A stretch of DNA of 56,265 nt from Sandaracinaceae bacterium (GTDB taxonomy: Bacteria > Myxococcota_A > Polyangia > Polyangiales > Sandaracinaceae), in contig JBGAQA010000010.1 of assembly GCA_044220955.1 (NCBI GenBank), positions 1 to 56,265 of the forward strand, given 5' to 3'. Positions 20,947-30,210 of this stretch are shown one piece after another (the stretch's first letter is position 1; the number at the start of each line of letters is the position of its first letter). The position numbers were made by a program, and so were the translations under genes. The notes beneath the pieces are model-generated. The model saw only the letters and a program-made list of their open reading frames with translations, ran no database searches and was not told the DNA's origin.

Positions 20947-23634
20947 TCAGTGCTCGTAGGCGCCGATGTCGGGCGTGCCGGTGCGCGGCCGGCCCTCGTA
21001 GTCGTCGGTCGGCGCGCCGCTGGTGAGGTCGGCGTCGATGCACATCGCGCCGCCGGCGAGGTGCAGGTCGGCCGGATAGCTCGCGAAGCCCGGCGCGCCG
21101 TCCAGGTTGCCACCGAGCACCGTGTCGCCGAGCGCGTCGACGAGCGCCGCGCTCATCACGTCGGCGCTGCCTTCGTCGCGGTACACCGGGCGGCCGGACG
21201 CCGGGAACAGGTCGTTGTGCTCGAGCGCGATCGGGTCGCTGTCGGCATCGACCTCGAAGAGCGGGTACGAGAGCGAGCACGCGCCCGCGAGCAGGATGTT
21301 TCCCCGCAGGACGGCGACGTCGACCCCGGGACGGCCCGTGAGCTCCACGCCGCGGCTGATGCACGTCGTGCCCGCGGCGAACTGCGCGATCGGGTCGAAG
21401 TCGTTGCCATGGACGTCCACGGCATACGTCGCGTCGGTCGCGCTCGCCGCCAGGGCGACGTAGCGCGGGCCGCTCGGGTTGCCGCCCGAGGCGCAGGGCG
21501 CGCCGCCGAGCACCACGTTGTTCTCGATCCGTGCCCGGCTGTTCACCGCGACGATGCCCGTCGCGCTCACGGTGCCGCAGCCGCCCGAGATGCGGTTGCG
21601 CGCCACGAGCGTGGACGAGGTGCCGAGGCGCAGGCCCACGAGCGTCGCTCCCTGCGTGCCGCTGATCTCGTTCTGCACGATGCGCGCGCACGCGTCGGAC
21701 TCGCAGCTCACGCCGGTCGCGGTCGTCGGGAATCCCGCGATCGAGGCGTGGACGAGCGGGTTGCCCTCGATCACGCAGCGGCTCGAGATCCCGCTCCCGT
21801 CGGCGCCACACTGGATGGCGATCGCGGTCAGGCCGCCCTCGAGGCCGCTGATGATGCGGAGGTTGTTCTCGATGATCGGGTGGCAGTCGCCCATGCTGCG
21901 GATCGCGACGGCCGGCGCCGTCGACGGCGCCTCGGCGTTGATCTCGGCGTTGTCGGCGATGAGCGGCGAGGCCCCGCTGCAGCCGCCGATGTCGATGCCG
22001 AACGACGCGTTCTGCGGGCCCCACCCGGGGATGAAGTTGCCGCGCACGATCACGCCCGTGGCCGGGCCGTCGATGCGGACGGCGGCCCCGTCCGTCGCCA
22101 TCTCGCCGCACGTGGCGCTCCCCTCGAGGATCGAGGCAGGCGCGTTGCGGAAGAGGACCGCATAGCTGAGCGCGGAGCGCGAGGGCGAGATGTCGCTGCG
22201 ACCGCGGATGCCTCCCTGCCCCGAGCTGCTGCAGCCCGTGGTGCAGCGGCCCGCGGCGTCGAGCGCGCCGGGACAGTTGTCGACGATCGACGCGCGCGCG
22301 TCGACGACGCGCACGCCGATCGACTCGCTGCTCCCGCGGCCGGCGTAGAGGACGGACCGCTGCACGATCGCGTCACCACCGCCGTGGACGTCGATCGCGT
22401 AGGCGTTCACGACGGGCGGGCTCGGCGGGATGACGACGCCCGAGATCACAGCGCTGTGCGCCCCGTCGACGGTGATGCCCGCGACCGTCGAGGTCGACCC
22501 AGGCGTGACGTACACGTCGGCGATCTCCGTGTGCCGCATGATCGCTGCGTCGAAGAGCACGCCCGTGGCGTCGCCGGTGCGGATCTCGGTGTGCACGCCG
22601 CTGCTGCAGAGCGCGGCGCCCCCCGGCGCGTAGTTGCCCTGTACGTGTACGCCGTTGGCCATGCGCACGTGACCGTTGAAGACCGCGTTCGAGGCCGAGC
22701 AGCCGTTCGAGAGCAGGCACACGCGCAGACCGAACGAGGGATCCATCGCCGCGAAGTCGATCGCGCGCTGCACGGTCGCGAAGGGCGTCGCGGGCAGGCG
22801 CGGGTTGGTCGAGCCGTCGCTGCCCGACGTCGCGACCCAGACGCAGTTGCCGCAATTCTCGTCGATGCGCCCGTCACAGTCCTCGTCACCGTTGCCGCAC
22901 GCGTCCATCACGGCGAGCGCGGAGGCGGGAGTGCACGCCTGCAGCGTACCCGATGCGCACACGGGGACCGTCGCGGTGCACGCGCCGACGCCGCAGCTCG
23001 CCAGCCCGAAGCCGTCGTCCGTGACGCCGTCGCAGTCGTCGTCGAGGCCGTTGCACGACTCGGGCGTCGAGCCCTGCGCCCCGATGCACGCGCCCCACGC
23101 GCCGAGGGTGCACGTCTCGGTGCCCTCGCGGCAGACGCCCACGCCGACGCTGCCTCGGGGCGGGGCGCACGCGCGGCTCGCACTGTCCGTCACCGCCGCG
23201 TCGGCGTCGTCGCAGTCCGCGCCTGCGCAGCCGAGCCCCATCCCGTAGCCGTCGAGATCCGCATCGACGCAGTTCGGGCACACGACGCCGCACGTGTTGC
23301 TCGCGCTGCACGACCACGCGCCGCACGGGGGCGAGCCGAAGAGCCCGTCGCAGTCGGCGTCGATCACGCACTCGACGGGGCCGATGTCCGGCACGTCGGG
23401 CAGGTTCGCGTCGCTCGGGGTCGCGTCGCTGCCCGCGTCGCTCGCGATCACGCCGCCGTCGACGCCCGTGTCGGGCCGCGGTCCGACGTCGACCGTGTTG
23501 TTGGCCGCATCCGCGAGCGCGTCCACGGTCGCGTCCATCGGTGGCCCGTAGTCGAGCGAGAGGCCGCAGCCCGTGGCGAGCGTCGAGCAGAGACCGAAGG
23601 TGAAGAGAACGACCGTACAGCGTGAGTAATCCAA
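20947..23634 (-). CDS. Large lipoprotein with Cys/Asp-rich (MopE-related) metal-binding repeats and right-handed beta-helix region
   Basis: Lipobox ATGC; DADLDGYG..DCDDAD, ESCNGLDDDCDGVTDD, CGNGDEDCDGRIDE; WVATSGSD..PFATVQRAI; repeated IxxNxI strands; ends PDIGAYEH. Confidence 0.82.
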   Translation of the reverse strand: MDYSRCTVVLFTFGLCSTLATGCGLSLDYGPPMDATVDALADAANNTVDVGPRPDTGVDGGVIASDAGSDATPSDANLPDVPDIGPVECVIDADCDGLFGSPPCGAWSCSASNTCGVVCPNCVDADLDGYGMGLGCAGADCDDADAAVTDSASRACAPPRGSVGVGVCREGTETCTLGAWGACIGAQGSTPESCNGLDDDCDGVTDDGFGLASCGVGACTATVPVCASGTLQACTPASALAVMDACGNGDEDCDGRIDENCGNCVWVATSGSDGSTNPRLPATPFATVQRAIDFAAMDPSFGLRVCLLSNGCSASNAVFNGHVRMANGVHVQGNYAPGGAALCSSGVHTEIRTGDATGVLFDAAIMRHTEIADVYVTPGSTSTVAGITVDGAHSAVISGVVIPPSPPVVNAYAIDVHGGGDAIVQRSVLYAGRGSSESIGVRVVDARASIVDNCPGALDAAGRCTTGCSSSGQGGIRGRSDISPSRSALSYAVLFRNAPASILEGSATCGEMATDGAAVRIDGPATGVIVRGNFIPGWGPQNASFGIDIGGCSGASPLIADNAEINAEAPSTAPAVAIRSMGDCHPIIENNLRIISGLEGGLTAIAIQCGADGSGISSRCVIEGNPLVHASIAGFPTTATGVSCESDACARIVQNEISGTQGATLVGLRLGTSSTLVARNRISGGCGTVSATGIVAVNSRARIENNVVLGGAPCASGGNPSGPRYVALAASATDATYAVDVHGNDFDPIAQFAAGTTCISRGVELTGRPGVDVAVLRGNILLAGACSLSYPLFEVDADSDPIALEHNDLFPASGRPVYRDEGSADVMSAALVDALGDTVLGGNLDGAPGFASYPADLHLAGGAMCIDADLTSGAPTDDYEGRPRTGTPDIGAYEH

Positions 23635-23685
23635 GATGGATCCACGCTACCGGCTTCGCCCCGCGATCACAACGGGGGTCCGGCC

Positions 23686-24195
23686 TCAGGCTGCCTGGAC
23701 GGGGCCCTTGCGCGTGGCGCCGAAGACGCTGGCGCCGAGCTGGATCGATCGCTTCCAGACGCCGGTCGTCTCCTCGTTGCCGAAGAGCGCGGCGCGCGAG
23801 GGCACGCCGTCGAAGATCACGCCCATGCCCACGTGGGCCGAGAGGCGCCGCCACACGACGCGACACGGGAAGAGGTACTCGACGCCGCCGTCCTCGACGC
23901 GCACGACGACGCTGGTCCCCTGCGCCGGCGGGCGCGGCGTGGCGATGGCGAGGCCGCTGCCGGAGAGGTTCTTGATCTCGCCCGACTCGAACCCACCCGG
24001 CATCGTGAACACCACGCGGGCGGGAAGGGGCGAGCGAGGCATGCCGCGACGGCCGCCGTCGGCCTCGCCGGTGAGGAGGCGCGAGAGCGCGACGAGGCGC
24101 GCGCGCTCGTCGTCGTCGAGCGGCACGTCGAGCCGATCCTGCTTTCCGCGCAGGAGCTGGTACTCGTAGATCATCTCGAAGAGGTTCTTCATCAC
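23686..24195 (-). CDS. PilZ-domain protein
   Basis: RRGMPR (RxxxR), NLSGSG (D/NxSxxG), YLFPCRVVW..GMGVIF. Confidence 0.85.
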   Translation of the reverse strand: MMKNLFEMIYEYQLLRGKQDRLDVPLDDDERARLVALSRLLTGEADGGRRGMPRSPLPARVVFTMPGGFESGEIKNLSGSGLAIATPRPPAQGTSVVVRVEDGGVEYLFPCRVVWRRLSAHVGMGVIFDGVPSRAALFGNEETTGVWKRSIQLGASVFGATRKGPVQAA

Positions 24196-24213
24196 GTGCT
24201 CGATGGGGTGGAC

Positions 24214-24229
24214 TGCAACCGAGGTGCCA
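24214..24229 (-). promoter_or_regulatory. Sigma54 promoter of the PilZ gene
   Basis: Minus strand TGGCACCTCGGTTGCA, near-consensus -24/-12, about 20 nt before the start codon. Confidence 0.8.
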
Positions 24230-24472
24230 TCCGTCGCGATCTGCTGGCGCTGTGACCGGCGGGAATCGACTCCCCGATCCGACGCGGATTCACGCGAAAA
24301 GTTCTCGTGCGCACATGTGCGCGCGACGCGCTGCGCCGCCCAAGCTCGGACAAGCGTGTCGCGGTCCCACGATGATCGTGCGCGGCCTTACACGCATCGC
24401 CGCGCATGCGTCGTGGCGGTAACGCGGAGCGCACCGGCGTCGTGTCGATGTGGCATGGTGCGTGTCGGCTCG

Positions 24473-25798
24473 ATGGACCTCTTCGACCACCGCGAGGATC
24501 GCCAGAAGGAAGGCGCGCCGCTCTCGGAGCGTATGCGCCCCCGGCGCGCCACCGACCTCGTCGGGCAGGAGCACCTGCTCGCGAAGGGAGGGGTGCTCGC
24601 ACGCGCGATCGCCGAGGATCGCATCCCCTCGATGATCCTCTGGGGGCCGCCCGGGTGCGGCAAGACCTCGCTCGCCCGCACGCTCGCCGTCGAGAGCCGA
24701 GCCGAGCTGGTGAGCTTCTCGGCCGTGCTCAGCGGGGTGCCCGAGCTGCGCAAGGTGCTGGAGGCGGCGAGCGAGAAGAAGAAGCTGCGCGGCGCGCGCA
24801 CGATCCTCTTCGTCGACGAGATCCACCGCTGGAACAAGGCGCAGCAGGACGCGCTCCTGCCCTACGTCGAGCGCGGCGCGGTGATCCTCGTCGGCGCGAC
24901 GACCGAGAACCCGTCGTTCGCGGTGAACTCCGCGCTCCTGTCTCGAGCGCGCGTGTTCAAGATGGAGCCGCTCCCGAGCGCCGACGTGCGCGCGCTGCTC
25001 GACCGAGCGCTCGCCGACCGCGATCGCGGGATCGGCGGCCTCGGCGTGTCGGCCGAGAGCGACGCGCTCGACGCGATCGCCGAGCACGCGCACGGCGACG
25101 CCCGCCGGGCCCTCGACGTGCTCGAGCTCGCGGCCCGGGACGCGCACTCGCGCGGCGCGGTGATCGATCGCGCCGGGGTCGCGGGCGCGCTCGCCTCGCC
25201 CTCGCTCCGCTACGACAAGAGCGGCGAGGAGCACTACAACGTCGTCAGCGCCTTCATCAAGTCCATGCGCGGCAGCGATCCGGATGCGGCCGTCTACTGG
25301 CTGATGCGCATGCTCGAGGCGGGCGAGGACCCCCTCTTCGTGCTGCGCCGCATGCTGATCTTCGCGAGCGAGGACGTGGGCAACGCGGACCCCCAGGCGA
25401 TCCAGGTCGCGGTCGCCGCCGATGCGAGCTTTCGCCGGCTCGGAATGCCGGAGGGCCTCTTCCCGATCGCGCAGCTCTGCACGTACCTCGCGAGCACCGT
25501 GAAGAGCAACGCGAGCTATGCGGCGTTCACGGCGGCGCGGCAGGACGTGCGAGAGCACGGCGCGCTCGAGGTGCCGCTCCACCTGCGCAACGCGCCGACG
25601 AAGCTGATGGAGGAGATGGGCTACGGCGACGGCTATCGCTCTCCGCACGCCGAGGGCGGCTTCGCGGGCGGCGTCTCGTACCTGCCGAGGGAGCTCGAGG
25701 GCCGCCGCTACTACGAGCCGAAGGACCAGGGCTTCGAGGCGAGGATCAAGGCGCGCCTCGCGAAGCTGCGGGGCGAGGGCGAGGGAACCAAGGAATGA
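24473..25798 (+). CDS. rarA: Replication-associated recombination protein A (RarA/MgsA)
   Basis: PLSERMRP, WGPPGCGKTSLA, FVDEIHRWNKAQQD, ATTENPSF, SAFIKSMRGSDPDAA, ASEDVGNADP. Confidence 0.96.
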   Translation: MDLFDHREDRQKEGAPLSERMRPRRATDLVGQEHLLAKGGVLARAIAEDRIPSMILWGPPGCGKTSLARTLAVESRAELVSFSAVLSGVPELRKVLEAASEKKKLRGARTILFVDEIHRWNKAQQDALLPYVERGAVILVGATTENPSFAVNSALLSRARVFKMEPLPSADVRALLDRALADRDRGIGGLGVSAESDALDAIAEHAHGDARRALDVLELAARDAHSRGAVIDRAGVAGALASPSLRYDKSGEEHYNVVSAFIKSMRGSDPDAAVYWLMRMLEAGEDPLFVLRRMLIFASEDVGNADPQAIQVAVAADASFRRLGMPEGLFPIAQLCTYLASTVKSNASYAAFTAARQDVREHGALEVPLHLRNAPTKLMEEMGYGDGYRSPHAEGGFAGGVSYLPRELEGRRYYEPKDQGFEARIKARLAKLRGEGEGTKE

Positions 25799-26576
25799 GC
25801 CGCGAGGTCGTCCGCTGGTAGTCGGCGTAGCTCGGGTACTTCTTCAGCGAGAGCTCCTCGGTGAAGTTGCTCGAGCCGTGGAAGAGCGCGGTGAGGGCCA
25901 GCGCGCCGAGGAAGGTCGGGTCGAGTGCGGCACCACCTGCCGCGATCGGGAACAGACAGAGGGTCCACCACATCCCCTGCTCGCAGAAGAAGTTGGGATG
26001 GCGCGAGTAGCGGAACAGACCCGTCGTGAGGAACTCGTGCTCGATCGGCTCGCCTCGCGCGCGGCGTGCCTTCTTGTCGGTCTGGAAGCGCCACTGCTGC
26101 TCGTCCGCGGTCGTCTCGCCGACGAGCAGCGCGAGGAAGACCAGCGTGGCGACCGCGTCGAGCCATCCGAGGGGCGCCTCGAGCGTCGAGGCGCGCCACG
26201 CGGGAAGCGTGATCGCGAGCAAGATGGCGTTCTGCAAGCCCGCGATGAACACGACGTTGAACGCCTGGAACGCGGCGGGGCTCATGCGCCGGCGCAGCTC
26301 CGCCCAGCGGTAGTCCTCGCCGCCGCGGGCGTAGCCGCCCTTGCGCGCGAAGTTGAACGTGAGCCGCGCCCCCCACGCCGTCACGAGCGAGGCCACGAGC
26401 ACGGGGCGCGGCGCGAGGCCCGAGGCCCACGCGAAGCCGGCCGCGTAGCCGATCGGGACGATCGACCAGAGCCGATCGACCCAGGAGTACTCGCGGGTCG
26501 CGATCGAGAGGAGCCAGCACGCGAGCGCGACGCCCGCGCACGCGATCGCCGCCACCATCAAGGGGTCCGAGGTCAC
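25746..26576 (-). CDS. DUF1295 family membrane protein (steroid 5-alpha-reductase-like)
   Basis: YSWVDRLWS, WGARLTFNF, EDYRW, ETTADEQQWRF, GLFRYSRHPNFFCE, YADYQRTTS. GTG overlaps the upstream stop (GTGA). Confidence 0.9.
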   Translation of the reverse strand: MTSDPLMVAAIACAGVALACWLLSIATREYSWVDRLWSIVPIGYAAGFAWASGLAPRPVLVASLVTAWGARLTFNFARKGGYARGGEDYRWAELRRRMSPAAFQAFNVVFIAGLQNAILLAITLPAWRASTLEAPLGWLDAVATLVFLALLVGETTADEQQWRFQTDKKARRARGEPIEHEFLTTGLFRYSRHPNFFCEQGMWWTLCLFPIAAGGAALDPTFLGALALTALFHGSSNFTEELSLKKYPSYADYQRTTSRLIPWFPRPRPAASRGAP

Positions 26577-27382
26577 GTCTTCTTCGTGATCCGGGCGTGC
26601 CAGCTGTTGCCCTGCACGAAGTCGAGGAAGAGCTCGCCCTTGCCGCCCGCGATCAGCGGCGCGGCGAGGCGCTCCATGTCGCTCTTGCGCCAGTAGTGCG
26701 CGATGTGCGGAAGCATCTGATCGAAGATGATCGACTCGACGTTCTTCGCCGAGAGCTCGCGCAGCCGCCGGTAGTACTCCGTGCGGAAGGGCAGCCGCGT
26801 CAGCAGCGGCCACGCGACGCGTGAGGTCACCTTCGCCAGGGTGTGCGTCGTCGTGATCGGCAGGCGCGAGCCCACGAACCGGAACGCCTGGATCACCGGC
26901 AGGATCCGCTCGTTTCCCTCGTAGCCGTAGCACCAGAGCACCACGTCACCGCCCGGCCTCACGCAGCGCCACATCGCCTCGAGCGCTCGCTCGGGCTCGG
27001 CGAGGTGATGCAGCACCCCGATGCACGTGACGCGGTCGAAGAGGCCTCCGAGCGCGGCCGGATCCAGATCGTAGGCGCTCATCTTCACGATGCTCGCGCC
27101 CGGGCTGCCGGCGAGGTTCTTGCGCGCGGAGGCGAGCGAGCCCTCGTCCACGTCGACGCCGGTCACGTGGGCCGCGCCGTTCTTCAGCATGAAGTAGGGG
27201 TTGCGTCCCATGCCGCAGCCCACGTCGAGCACCCGCTTGCCGGCGAAGCTCGGCAGGCCCGTCGCGCCCATCCACCGGCCGAGCTGCTCCTCGTGCTCGG
27301 GGAGCACCTCGGCGTAGTTGGCCCACTCGTACCCGAAGCGGTCGGTCGAGCCGCGCGCTACCCGCTGATCCTCGGTCGTCAC
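26573..27382 (-). CDS. Class I SAM-dependent methyltransferase
   Basis: VLDVGCGMGRN, FDRVTCIGVLHHL, VRPGG. Confidence 0.92.
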   Translation of the reverse strand: MTTEDQRVARGSTDRFGYEWANYAEVLPEHEEQLGRWMGATGLPSFAGKRVLDVGCGMGRNPYFMLKNGAAHVTGVDVDEGSLASARKNLAGSPGASIVKMSAYDLDPAALGGLFDRVTCIGVLHHLAEPERALEAMWRCVRPGGDVVLWCYGYEGNERILPVIQAFRFVGSRLPITTTHTLAKVTSRVAWPLLTRLPFRTEYYRRLRELSAKNVESIIFDQMLPHIAHYWRKSDMERLAAPLIAGGKGELFLDFVQGNSWHARITKKT

Positions 27383-27405
27383 GGCGCGGCTTTAGCAGGG
27401 ACGCG

Positions 27406-28839
27406 TTAGCGCGTCAGCCATCGGCCGTCGCGCACCGTCATGAGCGAGTACGGGAAGATCCACCAGAGCCCGACGAACGCGAAGAGCGCGTACTGAACGC
27501 CGTACACGAAGTCGGCGAAGCGCGACGAGCGCAGGATCCACAGCGACTGCACCACGGCACCGAGCCCGACGCAGCCGGCGATGGCCACGAGCGCGAGCGG
27601 GTCCGCGATCACGCGCGCCGCGAGCAGACCGAGGCTCAGCCACGCGACCGGGTACTGGCAGAGCTCGAACCCGATCTCCAGGGCCGGCCAGAGTCGATCT
27701 CGCTCGCGCCACCTCGTCGGGAGCAGCGGGAGCATCACCAGGTCCTCGCGGATGTTGCCGCGTTCCCAGCGCACCATCATCCGCGCCGCACGGGAGAACG
27801 TGGTCGGGAGGATCGTGCGGACGACCGCGCTGCGCTGATAGACCGAGCGATGGCCCGCTCGCAGCAGCCACGTGGTCAGCGCGCGATCCTCCGCGATGGT
27901 GCAGGGCCGGCCGAGGAAGGTCTGGCTCGACCAGCGGTCGACCACCGCGTCCACCGCGCTCTTGCGGTACGCGGAGAGGGCGCCCGGGGTGCAGAGCACG
28001 GCGCCCGAGCGCGACTGTGCGGCGCGCGCGAGGTCGAAGGTGAGATAGAAGCGTGCCGAGAGCAGCTTCGTCAGCCAGGTCTCGTCGCGGTTGCGCACGA
28101 GCACGCGGCCAGCGACCGCGGCCACCGCGTCGTCGTCGACCATGGGCGCGACGATCGCGCGCAGCGCGGTCGGCTCGATCTCGCTGTCCGAGTCGATGGT
28201 CACGAGCAGCTCGCCTGCGGCGCGCGCGAAGCCCGCGCGCAGCGCCTCGCGCTTGCCCCCGTTCTTCGGAAGGCGGATCGGCGTGACGCGGCCCGGGCGA
28301 GCGGCGGCGACGGACTCGATGTGCGCCCAGGTGTCGTCGGTCGAGCCGTCGTCGATCGCCAGGATCTCGACGCGCTCGGACGGGTAGTCGCTCGCGATCG
28401 CCGACTCGAGCGCGAGCCGCACGCTGGCGCCCTCGTTGTAGGCCGGGATGATGACCGTGAGCATCGGCAGCCGAGCATCGTCGTGCGAGGGCACGGCGCG
28501 GTAGCGGGCGGCGAGCACGCAGGTCGCGACGAAGAACGCGCTCATCGCCAGGCCGAACGCGGTGACGACCAGCACGACGAGCGAAGAGGAGGTCGCGAGC
28601 GCCGCGCCGACGCCACCCGCGAGCGACCAAGCGAAGAGCGCGACGACGGCGAGCGCGAGGGCGCCGCGAAGCGCGCGGGCTCGCGGCGAGAGCGTGGCGT
28701 CCTCGGCGACCCGAGGGACCGAGCGCTGCCGGCGGCGGTCGATGACTCGCCTGTGCGAGTCGTGCCCCGTGAGCGGCGTCGCGTCGCGGCGCGGTGAAGC
28801 AGAAGAAGCAGAGCGAATCGGTTCAAGAGCCGGCTGCAT
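27406..28839 (-). CDS. Processive GT2 glycosyltransferase (hyaluronan synthase/NodC-like)
   Basis: IIPAYNE, DDGSTD, GKREAL, TIDSDS, TPGALSAYR, EDRALT, MMVRW at the QxxRW position; N- and C-terminal TM helices. Start uncertain (28839 or 28872). Confidence 0.88.
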   Translation of the reverse strand: MQPALEPIRSASSASPRRDATPLTGHDSHRRVIDRRRQRSVPRVAEDATLSPRARALRGALALAVVALFAWSLAGGVGAALATSSSLVVLVVTAFGLAMSAFFVATCVLAARYRAVPSHDDARLPMLTVIIPAYNEGASVRLALESAIASDYPSERVEILAIDDGSTDDTWAHIESVAAARPGRVTPIRLPKNGGKREALRAGFARAAGELLVTIDSDSEIEPTALRAIVAPMVDDDAVAAVAGRVLVRNRDETWLTKLLSARFYLTFDLARAAQSRSGAVLCTPGALSAYRKSAVDAVVDRWSSQTFLGRPCTIAEDRALTTWLLRAGHRSVYQRSAVVRTILPTTFSRAARMMVRWERGNIREDLVMLPLLPTRWRERDRLWPALEIGFELCQYPVAWLSLGLLAARVIADPLALVAIAGCVGLGAVVQSLWILRSSRFADFVYGVQYALFAFVGLWWIFPYSLMTVRDGRWLTR

Positions 28840-28897
28840 ACTGCGATCCTCGATGGCGCCCGTGGGGCCCATCGCTTCCTCTCGAGCGGCCGACCGT

Positions 28898-30169
28898 TTA
28901 CCGCGGATCGCGCGTCGCGCCAGTCTCGGGCGTCCGGGCGCGCGTCAGGCCCGACATCCAGAGAACGCCGTCGCGCCGCACGGTGAGCTCGACGAAGGGT
29001 CCCTCGACGGGCCGCCGATCGACGAGCACCTCGTAGCGATGGGTGTCGCTCGCCGCCTCGCCGTGAGGGATCGGGAGCTGTCCTAGCGTCCGCTCCCCGT
29101 CCCGGAGCGTCACGCCGCCCTCGTCGACCACGAGCGTGACCTCGTCCGTGATCGCGGCGGTCCCGGCGCTGCCCTCGAGGACCACTCGCGTCGCCGCGTC
29201 GGGGTCCACCTCGGGTCGCTCGGGCCAGAACACCTCGTCCGCGCGGGCGAACGACGAGAGCCAGCTCTCGTCGGCGATCGCCGTCTCGAGCTGCGAGACG
29301 TAGCGAGCGATCGCGTCGCGCTTGGTGCTGCCGAGGTCGTCGCTCGCGACCCGCAGCCCCGGCGCGTAGTCGGCGAGCGGCGCGGCGAGCGCCGGGAAGG
29401 GACTGCCTCGGGTCGTCCTCACGTCGGGACAGGGCGGCGCGCCGCCTCCATTCGGCCAGCACGGGCCCTGGTGCACGAGCGAGCGCAGGATGAGCGGAGC
29501 CTCGATCGCCGCGCGCTCGATCGCGCGTCGCACGTACACGTACGTCATCGCGTGGTCGGGGTGCGTGTCGATCCCGTGCGCCGTCACGATCTCCGTCGGC
29601 CGCTCGCGCAGGAGCAGCCAGGCGAGGTCGTCGACGGGGCCGTCCGCGACGTAGGCCCCGGCCTCCCCGGTGCGCGTGGTGTGGAGATCCGCGGCGCCCA
29701 TGCCCCGCGACGCGTACGTCTGGTCACCCGTCCCGCACGCGCCGTCGGGCTGTGTGCGGGGCAGCGGATCCAGCGGCACGGGCCCGAGCGCGTCGAGCCA
29801 ACCATCCGGATAGCCGAGGAAGTACACGCTGTCTTCCGTCACGCCCAGCGCGGCGAGCGCGGAGATCGTCTCCGCCTGGCGGACGTGCCCGTCGCGGGCG
29901 CACGAGAGATCGCCGTTGGTCATCACCAGGACGCTGAGCGGCCGGTCCGCGCGGACGGCCGCGCGCAGGAGCTCGCCCGCCATCAGCACCTCGTCGTCGG
30001 GGTGTGGCGCGACGACCCAGAGCCGACCGCTGGGCGTGGGCGGCGTGGCCGCAGCCGTCGGACGATCGCGTGCGATACGCGGGCTCGCGCCGCACGCGAG
30101 CAGGATCACGGCGGCCACGCAGGGTCGCAGCGAGGGCAGGCCGCGAAACCGACCCGAAAAGTTGATCAT
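28898..30169 (-). CDS. PIG-L/LmbE family de-N-acetylase, probable lipoprotein
   Basis: APHPDDE, MTNGD, LGYPDG, HPDH, YVSQ; N-terminal VILLAC lipobox-like. Confidence 0.87.
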   Translation of the reverse strand: MINFSGRFRGLPSLRPCVAAVILLACGASPRIARDRPTAAATPPTPSGRLWVVAPHPDDEVLMAGELLRAAVRADRPLSVLVMTNGDLSCARDGHVRQAETISALAALGVTEDSVYFLGYPDGWLDALGPVPLDPLPRTQPDGACGTGDQTYASRGMGAADLHTTRTGEAGAYVADGPVDDLAWLLLRERPTEIVTAHGIDTHPDHAMTYVYVRRAIERAAIEAPLILRSLVHQGPCWPNGGGAPPCPDVRTTRGSPFPALAAPLADYAPGLRVASDDLGSTKRDAIARYVSQLETAIADESWLSSFARADEVFWPERPEVDPDAATRVVLEGSAGTAAITDEVTLVVDEGGVTLRDGERTLGQLPIPHGEAASDTHRYEVLVDRRPVEGPFVELTVRRDGVLWMSGLTRARTPETGATRDPR

Positions 30170-30210
30170 CCTGGGACGGGGAAGGTATCGCGGGTGCGGA
30201 GGATGTGCTC

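Noticed and set aside
25746..25798. 53-bp convergent overlap of rarA and the DUF1295 gene
   Set aside because: Tail overlaps are common in high-GC genomes; nothing suggests function.
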